From an uncultured Candidatus Saccharibacteria bacterium (GTDB lineage Bacteria > Patescibacteriota > Minisyncoccia > Phycocordibacterales > Zambryskibacteraceae), in the NCBI GenBank assembly GCA_964618905.1, contig CAZUDK010000002.1:482-64481 (forward strand): DNA of 64,000 nt, in the 5' to 3' direction. A program made the position numbers and the translations under genes. The notes under the pieces are model-generated. The model was not told where the DNA came from. It searched no databases and saw nothing but the letters and a program-made list of their open reading frames with translations. Below, in pieces: positions 45,244 through 55,854 of this stretch. Positions within the stretch are counted from its first letter, which is position 1. Every line of letters begins with the position of its first letter.

Positions 45244-46512
45244 ATGAAATACAAGAAAACAACTCTGCCAAACGGCCTTAGGATAATTACTGTTCCTACA
45301 AATGATAATCCGTCTGTAACAGTGATGGTGCTTGCAGAAACCGGATCAAATTATGAGTCCAAATCACAAAACGGACTCTCTCATTTCCTCGAACACATGC
45401 TGTTTAAAGGCACAGCCAAACGCCCGACATTTATGGATATAGCCCTCGACCTTGAAAATATAGGTGCAGAGAGCAACGCTTTCACTTCCAACGAATATAC
45501 TGGATATTATGCTAAGGCGGAGAAAAGGCATTTCGACAAGCTTTTGGATGTCGTGTCGGATATGTATTTAAATCCATCTTTTCCGGAAGCCACTTTGGAG
45601 AAAGAGCGCGGAGTTATCCTGCAAGAAATCAGCATGTATGAAGACTTGCCTAAGCAAAAGGTTTGGAGTGTGCTTCAAGAGCTTTTGTACGGAGACTCTC
45701 CAGCCGGCCGAACAATTTTAGGTCCAAAGGAAAATATAAAGAATTTTTCCAGAAAAGATTTTGTGAAATATAGGGACTCACATTACATTGCCGAGAAGAC
45801 TATTGTTGTTATATCGGGTGATGTTGAAAACAGGGAAGCTGTTAAGAGTGTAAAGAATTATTTCAAAAACATTCCTTCCGGCAAGAAGCTTTCAAAAGCA
45901 AAGGTTGTCGAGAAGCAGAAGGCTCCGGCTCTCAGTATTTTAAAGAAGAAGACTGACCAAACGCATCTTGTTCTTGCATTCAGGGGATACAAGGCAAGCG
46001 ACAAGAGATCTACTACCTTGCTCTTGCTCGCCTATATTATGGGTAAGGGATTTTCTTCGAGATTGTTCCAGAAAATGAGGGAAGAGATGGGAGCTTGCTA
46101 TTATGTCAGCTCAGAAGTAGATGAGTACACTGATCATGGAACATTTGTCATTCCGGCCGGCATTGAATCTAAAAGAATTGGAGAAGTGATCAAGGCTCTA
46201 TTAGGAGAATGTCAAAAATTTATAGATAAAGAAGTGCCTGAAGAAGAATTGGATAAGGCTAAGGAGTATTGCATCGGCAGGCTGTACATGAATCTTGAGA
46301 CAAGCGATGCTCTGGCGAGCTTCTATGCAGATCAAGAAGTTGCCGCCTCTGTCCTCAAGACTCCAAAGGAAATAGAAAAAGAGATCCGTTCTATAACAGC
46401 CAAGGATATAAAAAAGGTTGCCAAGGACGTCTTTAAGAATGAGAATCTTAATCTGGCTATTATTGGAGATATAAAAGATCAGTCAAGGATCAAGAAGATT
46501 CTTCATTTCTAG
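45244..46512 (+). CDS. M16-family (pitrilysin/insulinase-like) zinc peptidase
   Basis: HFLEHMLFKGT (HxxEH). Confidence 0.8.
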   Translation: MKYKKTTLPNGLRIITVPTNDNPSVTVMVLAETGSNYESKSQNGLSHFLEHMLFKGTAKRPTFMDIALDLENIGAESNAFTSNEYTGYYAKAEKRHFDKLLDVVSDMYLNPSFPEATLEKERGVILQEISMYEDLPKQKVWSVLQELLYGDSPAGRTILGPKENIKNFSRKDFVKYRDSHYIAEKTIVVISGDVENREAVKSVKNYFKNIPSGKKLSKAKVVEKQKAPALSILKKKTDQTHLVLAFRGYKASDKRSTTLLLLAYIMGKGFSSRLFQKMREEMGACYYVSSEVDEYTDHGTFVIPAGIESKRIGEVIKALLGECQKFIDKEVPEEELDKAKEYCIGRLYMNLETSDALASFYADQEVAASVLKTPKEIEKEIRSITAKDIKKVAKDVFKNENLNLAIIGDIKDQSRIKKILHF

Positions 46513-46607
46513 CGCTCTTATCTCTAGAGTGCTATCATGGGGCTAATGAATCCTTAAGCCATATTATGCTTGGGGAAGCAGGCATTTAATTTAATGTCTA
46601 TTGTCTA

Positions 46608-47672
46608 ATGAATGAAGGAAAACAACTGGATATATCCTTTGTCAGCTGGTTTCGAGCAGCTTTGGTTGTGCTTTTGATAGTAGCCCTTTTTGTCCTCAGA
46701 GATTTATTGCTGGTCATTTTAACTTCAGTTGTTATAGCTTCTGCTATTGAACCTGCTTCAGCATGGGCCAAGAAACGAAAAATTCCGCGTCTTCCAACTG
46801 TAATATTTGTTTATGCATTTTCCAGCTTAATGCTGGCAGGCATATTTTACTTCCTGCTACTGCCGCTGCTTGGTGAAGTTTCCAGCTTCATCAGAGAATT
46901 ACCCGGTCTTTCCGCAGTTCCAAATGCTACCTCTACTTTTTCTGCACCTTCTGCCTCCGGAATTTTCTCGAATTTTAAGGCGCCGGTTTCTATAAGCGAA
47001 GCAACCAGCTATCTCAATTCATTTGCTGATTCGATATCTCAAGGTGTCTTCTCCAGCGTCTCATTGGTTTTCGGTGGAGTTTTGTCACTGGTTCTTATAG
47101 TCGTTCTCTCGTTTTATCTTGCGGTTCAAGAAGACGGTGTCAGCAAGTTCTTAAAAATAATTTCTCCATTCAAACATGAGAAATACATCATTGATGTATG
47201 GAAGCGATCTCAGAGAAAAATAGGTCTTTGGATGCAAGGTCAGATACTTCTCGGCGTGCTTGTGGCTGTTATAACCTACTTAGGTCTTGTGCTTATCGGC
47301 GTAGATAATGCTCTTCTTCTGGCTGTTCTCTCAGGTATATTCGAACTTATTCCGCTTTTCGGTCCGGTACTTGCTGCTATTCCGGCTATGTTCGTAGCTT
47401 TTGCCGGCGGCGGCATGTCCGAGCTCCTGTTGGTTGCCGGCTTGTATCTGATCATTCAGCAATTTGAAAATCATTTGTTATATCCTTTGGTAGTGAAGAA
47501 AGTTGTCGGCGTGCCGCCGCTGGTTTCTATAATCGCTCTTATTGTAGGCGGGCAGCTTGCCGGCTTCTTGGGCATACTAATTTCGGTACCTGTCGCTACA
47601 GCTATCATGGAGCTTTTGTCTGATTTTGAGAAGCAGAAAAGCGCTAAATCCTCTCTGTCTGAATCTGCCTAA
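46608..47672 (+). CDS. AI-2E family transporter (PerM/UPF0118)
   Basis: 354 aa, about 8 TM, typical AI-2E topology. Confidence 0.7.
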   Translation: MNEGKQLDISFVSWFRAALVVLLIVALFVLRDLLLVILTSVVIASAIEPASAWAKKRKIPRLPTVIFVYAFSSLMLAGIFYFLLLPLLGEVSSFIRELPGLSAVPNATSTFSAPSASGIFSNFKAPVSISEATSYLNSFADSISQGVFSSVSLVFGGVLSLVLIVVLSFYLAVQEDGVSKFLKIISPFKHEKYIIDVWKRSQRKIGLWMQGQILLGVLVAVITYLGLVLIGVDNALLLAVLSGIFELIPLFGPVLAAIPAMFVAFAGGGMSELLLVAGLYLIIQQFENHLLYPLVVKKVVGVPPLVSIIALIVGGQLAGFLGILISVPVATAIMELLSDFEKQKSAKSSLSESA

Positions 47673-47674
47673 AT

Positions 47675-49096
47675 ATGCCAAAGGATAAAAGTTTTTACAT
47701 CACAACTACTCTTCCGTATGTTAATGCCGATCCGCACATCGGCTTCGCCATGGAGATAATCCGCGCGGACGTTATTGCCCGCTGGAAAAAGCTGCAAGGG
47801 TATGAAGTGTTTTTCAACACTGGCACTGATGAACACGGACAGAAAGTTTGGCAGAAAGCCGAGGAGAGAGGAGTAGACCCTCAGGCCTATGTCGACGAAT
47901 ATGCGGAGAAGTTCAAAGAGCTCATACCGCTTCTAGGCATAAGCCAGAATATTTACTTTAGCCGCACAACAGATGCTAATCATGTGGCCGCTGCTCAAGA
48001 ATTCTGGCGAAGATGTTTTGATGCCGGTGACATATATAAGAGGGAATATACGATCAAGTACTGCGTTGGATGCGAGCTTGAGAAAACGGATTCTGAAATA
48101 GAAAATGGCAGGTGTATTTTGCATCCAAACTTGGAACTTGAAATAAGGGAAGAAGAAAATTACTTTTTCCGTTTTTCTAAATACCAAGAAGCTCTGCTTA
48201 AGATGTATGAAGACAATCCTGATTTTGTCATTCCGGATTTCAGGTTTAATGAAATAAAATCTTTTGTATCAAGGGGTTTGGAAGATTTCTCCATATCAAG
48301 GCTCAAGGAAAAAATGCCGTGGGGAGTGCCAGTGCCGGATGATGATGAACATGTCATGTACGTCTGGTTTGATGCTTTGGTGAATTATATTTCTGCTCTT
48401 GGTTGGCCGGAGAATAAAGATAATTTTGAGAAGTTTTGGGTCGGAGGCTGCCCGACTCAATACGCAGGCAAGGATAATCTGCGTCAACAATCCGCCATGT
48501 GGCAGGCAATGCTCATGTCTGCAGGGCTTTCAAATTCTCACCAGATAGTGATAGACGGCTTCATCACTTCCGGCGGCCAGAAGATGTCTAAGTCTCTTGG
48601 CAATACAATAAACCCCGTGGAATTGGTAGATAAATACAGTGCGGAGGCACTGCGCTATTTTGTCTGCCGAGAGCTTTCTACTTTTGAAGATTCGGATTTT
48701 ACTTGGCAGCGATTTAGCGAAACGTATAACGCAAACTTGGCAAACGGCTTAGGCAACCTGACTGCGCGAATCATGAAGCTTGCAGAGTCTAATCTTGATG
48801 TTCCTGTCGAAATTTCTGAAGACTTGCATCAAACCCTGACCGAACTTCTGGACAATTTTGAGATTCAAAAGGCAATGAATCACATATGGGGAGAGATAGG
48901 AGAACTTGATGCCGAGATACAAGAAAAGAAGCCTTGGGAGACGAAAGACGGGGATGTTATCGCGGACTTTGTGCGCAAGCTCTCGCACATCGGATACTCT
49001 CTGCAGCCATTCATGCCGGAGACAAGTGGAAAGATCCTCTCTGCTATAAAGGCAAATAAAATGCCGGAAACACTTTTCCCGAGGAAAGATGCCTAA
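47675..49096 (+). CDS. metG: Methionine--tRNA ligase (core only; no C-terminal tRNA-binding domain)
   Basis: PYVNADPHIGFAME, zinc-knuckle CVGC...C, KMSKSLGN. Confidence 0.85.
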   Translation: MPKDKSFYITTTLPYVNADPHIGFAMEIIRADVIARWKKLQGYEVFFNTGTDEHGQKVWQKAEERGVDPQAYVDEYAEKFKELIPLLGISQNIYFSRTTDANHVAAAQEFWRRCFDAGDIYKREYTIKYCVGCELEKTDSEIENGRCILHPNLELEIREEENYFFRFSKYQEALLKMYEDNPDFVIPDFRFNEIKSFVSRGLEDFSISRLKEKMPWGVPVPDDDEHVMYVWFDALVNYISALGWPENKDNFEKFWVGGCPTQYAGKDNLRQQSAMWQAMLMSAGLSNSHQIVIDGFITSGGQKMSKSLGNTINPVELVDKYSAEALRYFVCRELSTFEDSDFTWQRFSETYNANLANGLGNLTARIMKLAESNLDVPVEISEDLHQTLTELLDNFEIQKAMNHIWGEIGELDAEIQEKKPWETKDGDVIADFVRKLSHIGYSLQPFMPETSGKILSAIKANKMPETLFPRKDA

Positions 49097-49865
49097 ATAT
49101 TTTGACATACATTCACACCTCAACTTCTCTGATTATGAGAAAGACTGGGACGAGGTAATCGGCAGGCTTAGAGAGACAGAGACTAGCACCATAGTTGTCG
49201 GCACGGATTACGAGTCTTCCAAGAAGGTGGTGGAACTGGCGGACAGATACGAAGAAATCTATGCTTGCATTGGCCAGCACCCTGTCGACAAGCAGGAGCA
49301 CTTTGATATATCAAAGTATTCTGAGTTGGTTAATCATCCTAAAGTAGTTGCAATAGGGGAATGCGGCATGGATTTTTTTCATGCAAAGAAAGAGGAAGAT
49401 TTCGAGAGGCAAAAGAAGCTGTTCCTCGACCAGGTAGAATTTGCAGTCGAGCATGACAAGCCCATTATGATACATGCTAGAGATGCATATGCGGACTTGT
49501 TGGATATACTTGAGCCTTTGAAGAAAGAATATGGAGAGAAGCTGCGCGGCGATGTGCACTTCTTTGCTGGAGATGTTGAAACTGCCAAAAGATTTTTAGA
49601 TATTGGATTCACAATGTCTTTCACGGGGGTAATTACGTTTGCCAGAGACTACGACGAGGTAATAAAGTTTCTGCCGCTTGATTCTATAATGTCCGAGACT
49701 GATGCGCCTTTCGTCGCACCGGTGCCATACAGAGGCAAGCGCAATGAGCCGAGTTATGTGAGCGAAGTGGTGAAGAAAATAGCCCAGATAAGAGGGGAGG
49801 ATGAAGGTTTGGTTCAAAAAGCCTTAGTTTCCAATGCATTTCGGGTATTCAAAATAACTATTTGA
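49089..49865 (+). CDS. tatD: TatD-family metal-dependent DNase
   Basis: YFDIHSHL...GECGMDF... Confidence 0.8.
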   Translation: MPKYFDIHSHLNFSDYEKDWDEVIGRLRETETSTIVVGTDYESSKKVVELADRYEEIYACIGQHPVDKQEHFDISKYSELVNHPKVVAIGECGMDFFHAKKEEDFERQKKLFLDQVEFAVEHDKPIMIHARDAYADLLDILEPLKKEYGEKLRGDVHFFAGDVETAKRFLDIGFTMSFTGVITFARDYDEVIKFLPLDSIMSETDAPFVAPVPYRGKRNEPSYVSEVVKKIAQIRGEDEGLVQKALVSNAFRVFKITI

Positions 49866-50081
49866 CAATTTTTGTAAATTATGTATACTTAAAAAGTGCA
49901 GACGTTTCTCGGTTTGTGCTGAGTCCGTTCGTCGGACAAGATAGTGGAACAGGGACCGCTCAACATCTCCCCAATTTTGAGTGAGTAACTGCCTTAATGG
50001 CGGGGTTTATTATGAGTAATACACCACTTACTCATAATAAAGTTCTTTCCGTGGCTTCTGGCCACTGCAGTACATATATGC

Positions 50082-50115
50082 GCCCGGCTTCGGCTGGGCG
50101 CTTTTTCTTTGTATG
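50082..50115 (+). terminator. Rho-independent terminator (gcgcccggc-ttcg-gctgggcgc + TTTTTCTTT)
   Basis: Within the 350-bp metG/tatD-rpsF intergenic region. Confidence 0.7.
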
Positions 50116-50216
50116 TTGCGGTTTTTTAATGCAAGTGTTAATGTACTTGAGTCTTTCTGTAAGTTCCGCTTAAGGTGGAATTCATAGGAGGTTTAATAGC
50201 TAAAAGGATTAAATCC

Positions 50217-50699
50217 ATGGCCAATACAGAAGACCGCGGCGAGACAGTTGTGTATGAAATAGGATACTTGGTGCTGCCAAGCATCCCTGAAGAAAATGTC
50301 TCAAATGTGGTCGATTCTATCAAGAAAATAGTTGAGAAAAATAGCGGTAAGGAAATTGACTCCGAAGCTCCGCACAAGAGAAATCTTGCTTATCCGATGT
50401 CTAAGGTGGTCGGTGCATCAAAGTATGTTGCGACTGATGCTTATGTCGGTTGGATTAAGTTTGAAGTCGAGCCAGAGAAGATAGGGGATATAAAATCAGA
50501 AGTTGAAGCTTTGAATGAAATTCTCCGCTTCCTGCTTATCAAGGCTCCACGAGAGACCATGTTTACTTTCGCCAGTGTTAAGAATCTTAATGAGGCTTCT
50601 GATCAGACAGAAGAATCCGCAGAAGAATCAGATGAAGGTGAAGAATCTTTAGATGAGGATTCCGATTCTGAAATTGATGAGGATGACGTGGTAGAATAG
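50217..50699 (+). CDS. rpsF: 30S ribosomal protein S6 with acidic C-terminal tail
   Basis: Trimmed to MANTEDRGETVVYEIGYLV (RBS aaaaggatt); rpsF-ssb-rpsR operon. Confidence 0.85.
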   Translation: MANTEDRGETVVYEIGYLVLPSIPEENVSNVVDSIKKIVEKNSGKEIDSEAPHKRNLAYPMSKVVGASKYVATDAYVGWIKFEVEPEKIGDIKSEVEALNEILRFLLIKAPRETMFTFASVKNLNEASDQTEESAEESDEGEESLDEDSDSEIDEDDVVE

Positions 50700-50723
50700 A
50701 AACATAGAATTAACTTCATCAAA

Positions 50724-51164
50724 ATGTATCTAAACAAAGCCATAATAATAGGCAATCTAACCCGAGATCCAGAGCTGCGCTCACTTCCTTCCGGCATTCA
50801 GGTTTGTTCATTCTCACTCGCTACAAATAGAGTTTGGAAAGACAAGAACGGAGCTAGGCAGGAATCGACTGATTATCACAATATAGTGGTTTTCGGCAGA
50901 CAGGCGGAAACTGCCGCACAATTCCTCAAGAAAGGCTCAAGCGCCCTAGTTGAAGGCAGGATGCAGACGAGAAGCTGGGATGCTTCGGATGGCTCTAAGA
51001 AGTACAGAACAGAAGTTGTGGCTGATAGAGTGCAGTTTGGTCCCAAGAGGGACGGAGCTTCCTCCGGCAGCTATTCTTCTGAATCAAAAGAAGATAATTC
51101 TGCACCTATCGACACCATAGAATATCCGACCGAAGAGATTAATGCGGATGATATACCCTTCTAG
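50724..51164 (+). CDS. ssb: Single-stranded DNA-binding protein
   Basis: OB fold, C-terminal DDIPF tip. Confidence 0.9.
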   Translation: MYLNKAIIIGNLTRDPELRSLPSGIQVCSFSLATNRVWKDKNGARQESTDYHNIVVFGRQAETAAQFLKKGSSALVEGRMQTRSWDASDGSKKYRTEVVADRVQFGPKRDGASSGSYSSESKEDNSAPIDTIEYPTEEINADDIPF

Positions 51165-51272
51165 CTAAATTAACGAACGGAGTGAGTATAATTTACTTAC
51201 CCTCCAAAATTTTGCGAAGCAAAACTTAGGAGGGTCATTATTTTCAAACTCGCTTCGCTCATAAGAAAATAA

Positions 51273-51473
51273 ATGAAACAAGACTACTTCAAAGAAAATA
51301 ATATAGGACACATCGACTACAAGGATGTTGATACACTTAGGAAGTTTTTGACTACGCACGCGCGCATTCAGTCTCGCAAGAGAACAGGCATTTCTTCAAA
51401 GCATCAGAGAGAGCTTTCGGTTGCAATAAAGCGCGCTCGCTTCCTTGGCCTGCTTCCTTACGTCTCAAGATAG
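51273..51473 (+). CDS. rpsR: 30S ribosomal protein S18
   Basis: 66 aa; [14 protein letters not shown]...GLLPY. Confidence 0.9.
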   Translation: MKQDYFKENNIGHIDYKDVDTLRKFLTTHARIQSRKRTGISSKHQRELSVAIKRARFLGLLPYVSR

Positions 51474-51563
51474 GCGTCATAGAGTAGACTAGAGCAAAAT
51501 AGTACGAAAAACTTTGCAAAGTTTTTCGTACTATTTTGTTTGTGTAGGCCTGTTACTCTGATT

Positions 51564-52127
51564 TTAGGAAACGCGGTCAGTGTACTGGCCGGTGTCTGTG
51601 TTAACTCGGATTATGTCTCCTTCTTTTATGAACATAGGTACTTGGATTTCTGCTCCTGTTTCGAGCTTCACTACTTTAGTTGCGTTCTGAGCAGTATTTC
51701 CTTTAACCGCGGGATGAGCTTCTGTAACTTTCAATTCCACTTTGATAGGGGGCTTGAGGCCGATAATCTTTTCATCAAAGACGAGCGCCTCTACCAAGCT
51801 ATTTTCTTTTATGAATTTGGAAGCATTGCCAACCATAGATTCAGGCAAACTGAATCGTTTGGAAGGATCATTCGGCTCAGAGAACCAGAATTCACCTCGG
51901 TTGTTATAAAGATACTTGATTTCTTTTTTGCTGAGATCAGCTTCTTCAGCTTTCTCAGAAGCATGGAACGAGTTTTCTACGATGCGGCCGGAAATAATAT
52001 TTCGCAGCTTAGTGGCGTTTACCGGCTTTCTCTGCTGTTTTCTAAAGACGTGTGAAGAGAGCACCTCGTAGGGTTCGTCATTATAGATGATAAATTTTCC
52101 TTCTTTGATTTCGTTATATTCCAACAT
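51564..52127 (-). CDS. efp: Elongation factor P
   Basis: 187 aa; three β-barrel domains. Confidence 0.85.
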   Translation of the reverse strand: MLEYNEIKEGKFIIYNDEPYEVLSSHVFRKQQRKPVNATKLRNIISGRIVENSFHASEKAEEADLSKKEIKYLYNNRGEFWFSEPNDPSKRFSLPESMVGNASKFIKENSLVEALVFDEKIIGLKPPIKVELKVTEAHPAVKGNTAQNATKVVKLETGAEIQVPMFIKEGDIIRVNTDTGQYTDRVS

Positions 52128-52157
52128 AGAAAGCTATTTTACACATAAATCCGGCAA

Positions 52158-52196
52158 ACACAAAAGCCCCGCGCGTCGCGGGGCTTTTGTGTTTAA
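52158..52196. terminator. Rho-independent terminator for recA (aaaagccccgcg-cgtc-gcggggctttt)
   Basis: Between the recA stop and the efp start on the minus strand. Confidence 0.8.
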
Positions 52197-53230
52197 GCTT
52201 CCTGCATTTTCTTCCTGATCTCTTTCAGAATTTCTCCTGCTATTTTTTTGTTCTCTTTAAGGAATTGGCGGGTAGAGTCATAGCCTCGGCCGAGCTTTTC
52301 TTCACCATACGAGTAGCTTGAACCTGATTTCTGGATGACTCCAAACTTCTCTCCAAGCGCGATGATTTCACCTTCGCGTGAGATACCCTCGTTGTACATC
52401 AGGTCGAACTCGGTTTGCTTGAAAGGGGAGGCGACTTTGTTCTTGACCACCTTCACTCTTATGCGACCGCCCATAATTTCATCACCTTTCTTTATCTGTG
52501 CGATTCTTCTGATGTCTAGCCGCACCGAAGAATAAAACTTCAAAGCTTTGCCGCCGGGAGTGGTTTCCGGATTGCCAAACATCACGCCTATCTGCATGCG
52601 GATTTGGTTTATGAATATTACGACAGTCTTGGACTTGGCAGTTATGGCGGTTAGTTTTCTAAGAGCTTGGCTCATCAGTCTGGCTTGCTTGCCGACGTGG
52701 TGCGCGCCCATATCTCCCTCTATTTCATCCTTTGGAGTAAGAGCGGCTACTGAGTCTATGACAATGACATCCATTTTGCCGGAGCGGACTAGGGAGTCCA
52801 CTATCTCAAGGGCCTGCTCACCAGTGTCTGGCTGCGAGATAAGCAGCTCTTCGATTTTTACTCCCAATCGCTTGGCGTATTCCGGATCCATGGCATGTTC
52901 GGCATCTATAAAGGCGCAGATACCTCCAAGCTTCTGAGCTTCTGCCACCACATGCAGAGAGAGGGTAGTCTTGCCTGAAGATTCAGGACCGAATATTTCT
53001 ATTATTCTTCCTCTTGGCAGACCTCCGACACCAAGGGCAATATCGAGACCTATTGAGCCGGTAGGGATGGCATCCACCCCGACTCTTGGCTTGTCTCCAA
53101 GCTTCATAATAGCTTCCTCGCCGAATTTTACTCTTATTGCATCGAGGGTTGAATCAATATTGTTATCCTTGGCCGCTGCTTTCAGTTCAGGTTTCGGACT
53201 AGCCTGCTTTGTTTTCTTGTTTGTTGCCAT
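52193..53230 (-). CDS. recA: Recombinase RecA
   Basis: [10 protein letters not shown] Walker A, L1/L2 loops. Confidence 0.95.
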   Translation of the reverse strand: MATNKKTKQASPKPELKAAAKDNNIDSTLDAIRVKFGEEAIMKLGDKPRVGVDAIPTGSIGLDIALGVGGLPRGRIIEIFGPESSGKTTLSLHVVAEAQKLGGICAFIDAEHAMDPEYAKRLGVKIEELLISQPDTGEQALEIVDSLVRSGKMDVIVIDSVAALTPKDEIEGDMGAHHVGKQARLMSQALRKLTAITAKSKTVVIFINQIRMQIGVMFGNPETTPGGKALKFYSSVRLDIRRIAQIKKGDEIMGGRIRVKVVKNKVASPFKQTEFDLMYNEGISREGEIIALGEKFGVIQKSGSSYSYGEEKLGRGYDSTRQFLKENKKIAGEILKEIRKKMQEA

Positions 53231-53232
53231 AA

Positions 53233-53580
53233 TTAGTTGACCATCACTTGCACGGATTTCTCAGCTTCTCGGCCGTATCTGTCTCGTGTTTTAACTGTTA
53301 ATATGCTGGTGCCAGGGGATATAGTCAGCTCTTCGCTCCAGAAACCATTTTTGTCTGTGAATATCTGTCTGCCGTTGAGAGTTATCCAAGCGGCATTTTT
53401 AGCTATACCTTCGATGTTTACCAATGATGATACGGAAGAACCGTTTTCTGGAGTTAAGATTTTCAACTGTGGTCCAAGTACTAAGAATCGGGCTTGGAAG
53501 CCAGCGTAAGCGGCGAATACTATAAATAATATTACGAATGCTGCATGCCTTATAGAAATGTTTTTTATTCTATTCATCAT
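53233..53580 (-). CDS. Hypothetical signal-anchored small protein (Ig-like soluble domain)
   Basis: 115 aa; one N-terminal TM; overlaps the ftsK start by 4 nt. Confidence 0.4.
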   Translation of the reverse strand: MMNRIKNISIRHAAFVILFIVFAAYAGFQARFLVLGPQLKILTPENGSSVSSLVNIEGIAKNAAWITLNGRQIFTDKNGFWSEELTISPGTSILTVKTRDRYGREAEKSVQVMVN

Positions 53581-55760
53581 AAATCTGCTTCGTTGTTAAA
53601 TTCCTCGCTACCAACACCTTCTGGTTTTATGAGAACATCTCTCGGCTTGGCGCCTTCTCCCGGCCCTATAACACCTCTCTCTTCCAGTATATCCATTAAT
53701 CTGGCGGCTCGTGCATATCCTACCCTCAGTTTCCTTTGGAGGAATGATGTTGATGCTTTTCCGGCTTCAATCACTGTTTGTCTTGCATCCTCATAAAGAT
53801 CATCTTCGTCCTGACCGTCTTCAAATGAAGAGGAGAATATAGCATTTGGCTGGCCAGTATCTCCCGACAAATTGATTTCATCCATCAGTTCGTCCGCATA
53901 GTTATCCTTGAGATATTTTACTACAGATTTTACTTCTCCTTCAGAAATATAAGCAGATTGGATGCGTGTAGGTTTAGACATTTCGCCGTCGAGGCAAAGC
54001 ATATCTCCGGCACCTAGAAGTTTCTCGGCACCGGCTGAATCGAGGATGGTGCGAGAGTCTATCTGTGATGAGACTTGCAGAGCTATGCGGGCAGGGACAT
54101 TTGCTTTGATCAGACCGGTGATGACATTTACAGAAGGTCTTTGGGTAGAAAGGATCAGATGGATACCAACTGCGCGGCTCATCTGCGCCAGCCGAACTAT
54201 GGCTGCTTCAAGCTCCCTTGGGTATGCCTGCATCAGGTCGGCTAGCTCGTCTATTATAACCACAATGTATGGCATCGGTTCAGGGCCTTCTTTGTCATCC
54301 TCAGATTTATCTTTAAGAGAGGGGAGGAATACGTTCTTATGATAAGAGTTTATGTCTCGAACAGCTTCTTTTTCCAAGACTCCATATCGTCTGTCCATTT
54401 CCTTGGCCACCCATTTGAGTGAAAGGATAGCCTTTTTAGCATCGGTAATAACCGGAGTTAAGAGGTGAGGGATCTGGTTATACAGCGTCAATTCCACTCT
54501 CTTAGGGTCTATCATGATGAACTTCAGGTTTTCCGGAGGATTTCTGAATAGAAGGGAATTGATAATGGCATGTATAGTTACAGATTTACCTGATCCGGTA
54601 GCTCCTGCTATGAGAAGGTGAGGCATCTTTGCCAAATTTGCAAAATGCGACTTGCCTGAAATATCACGGCCAAGAGAGACGAGTAGGGGCTTTTCAGACT
54701 GGGAGTATTCATCTTCAGATAGGAGACTGCCTAATCCTATGGTTGCTTTCTGAGTATTTGGAACTTCTATACCAACCAGAGATTTGCCTGGAATTGGCGC
54801 CTCTATGCGCACAGGGTGGGCAGCTAGGGCAAGCTCCAAGTTGGTCTGAAGTCCGAGGATTTTAGATAGCTTCACTCCTTCGGCCGGCTTGAGGGCGTAT
54901 CTGGTTACAGAAGGGCCGATGGAGATTTCATCCATCTCTACCACGATACCAAAGTTTAGTAAGGTTCGTTTTATAAGGTTTGCATTAGCCTTGATATCTC
55001 CAACACCCGGCTTACCCTTGTCTTTATCCAGAAGCGACAAAGGAGGAGGACTCCATTTCTTGCCGCTTTTGCGTCCAAGAAATGGAGTGAATCCTTCAGA
55101 CTCTTTCTTGCTCTTGGCATTGCTGGTGAAAGTTTTGACCTTGGCTTCCTTACTCTCCTCTTCTGCTTCTTCAGGCAGATTGTCTATAGCTCGGCTTACA
55201 GCTATGGATTCTTCTTCATCAAGATCATCAGCAACCTCTTTCTCTCCGAAGAACCTGTCGATAAGTGCACTGAAGCTGTCTTTGAGCGAGGTGTCAAAGA
55301 TAATAAGCAAAGATACGAGAACAAGGGCGATTAAAATGATTGAACTTGCATATACATCAAACAAAGACATCATTGGGTCTGAAATCAGAGCACCTGCTAC
55401 TCCGCCTTGGTTATTGAACCAGAGATTGGTTAATCCAAGTGAAGAAATGAAGAAAAGCAAAGAGCCAAAAACTTGTGGTATGGCAAAACTTCTTTCGCGG
55501 GCTTGAAAGAAAGCAATAGAGAGTATCAGAAGAGCTATAGCTAAGAGGTAGTATCCGATGCCGAACAATAGAGACAAGAATCCGTACACGCTCTCCCCTG
55601 CTCTTCCTGCTATTCCGAATGCTCCCAAGAGAAGGAAGATAGCCAAGACAGTAGTGAGGATGCCGAATATAGCATTAAGAGTCTCCTCAGAAACATGTTC
55701 TAAGAAATTTGATTTTATTGTTTCGGAATTCTTGGATTTCTTTTTACCTTTCTTCGCCAT
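53577..55760 (-). CDS. ftsK: DNA translocase FtsK/SpoIIIE
   Basis: N-terminal TM segments, Walker A AGATGSGKS, C-terminal gamma winged helix. Confidence 0.9.
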   Translation of the reverse strand: MAKKGKKKSKNSETIKSNFLEHVSEETLNAIFGILTTVLAIFLLLGAFGIAGRAGESVYGFLSLLFGIGYYLLAIALLILSIAFFQARERSFAIPQVFGSLLFFISSLGLTNLWFNNQGGVAGALISDPMMSLFDVYASSIILIALVLVSLLIIFDTSLKDSFSALIDRFFGEKEVADDLDEEESIAVSRAIDNLPEEAEEESKEAKVKTFTSNAKSKKESEGFTPFLGRKSGKKWSPPPLSLLDKDKGKPGVGDIKANANLIKRTLLNFGIVVEMDEISIGPSVTRYALKPAEGVKLSKILGLQTNLELALAAHPVRIEAPIPGKSLVGIEVPNTQKATIGLGSLLSEDEYSQSEKPLLVSLGRDISGKSHFANLAKMPHLLIAGATGSGKSVTIHAIINSLLFRNPPENLKFIMIDPKRVELTLYNQIPHLLTPVITDAKKAILSLKWVAKEMDRRYGVLEKEAVRDINSYHKNVFLPSLKDKSEDDKEGPEPMPYIVVIIDELADLMQAYPRELEAAIVRLAQMSRAVGIHLILSTQRPSVNVITGLIKANVPARIALQVSSQIDSRTILDSAGAEKLLGAGDMLCLDGEMSKPTRIQSAYISEGEVKSVVKYLKDNYADELMDEINLSGDTGQPNAIFSSSFEDGQDEDDLYEDARQTVIEAGKASTSFLQRKLRVGYARAARLMDILEERGVIGPGEGAKPRDVLIKPEGVGSEEFNNEADL

Positions 55761-55854
55761 CTGTAAATAATTTGTGTATTCATCATATCACAGGCTTGAA
55801 GACAGAAAGAGTATTTAAAACAAAAAGGAATAATGATTTTCGTGCCTTGCGCAG

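Noticed and set aside
49880-50060. Possible SRP RNA, 6S RNA or RNase P RNA in the tatD-rpsF spacer
   Set aside because: Looked for the SRP domain-IV GGAA tetraloop/AGCAGG motifs and RNase P P4 motifs by eye and did not find convincing matches. Kept only as a generic candidate-ncRNA finding.
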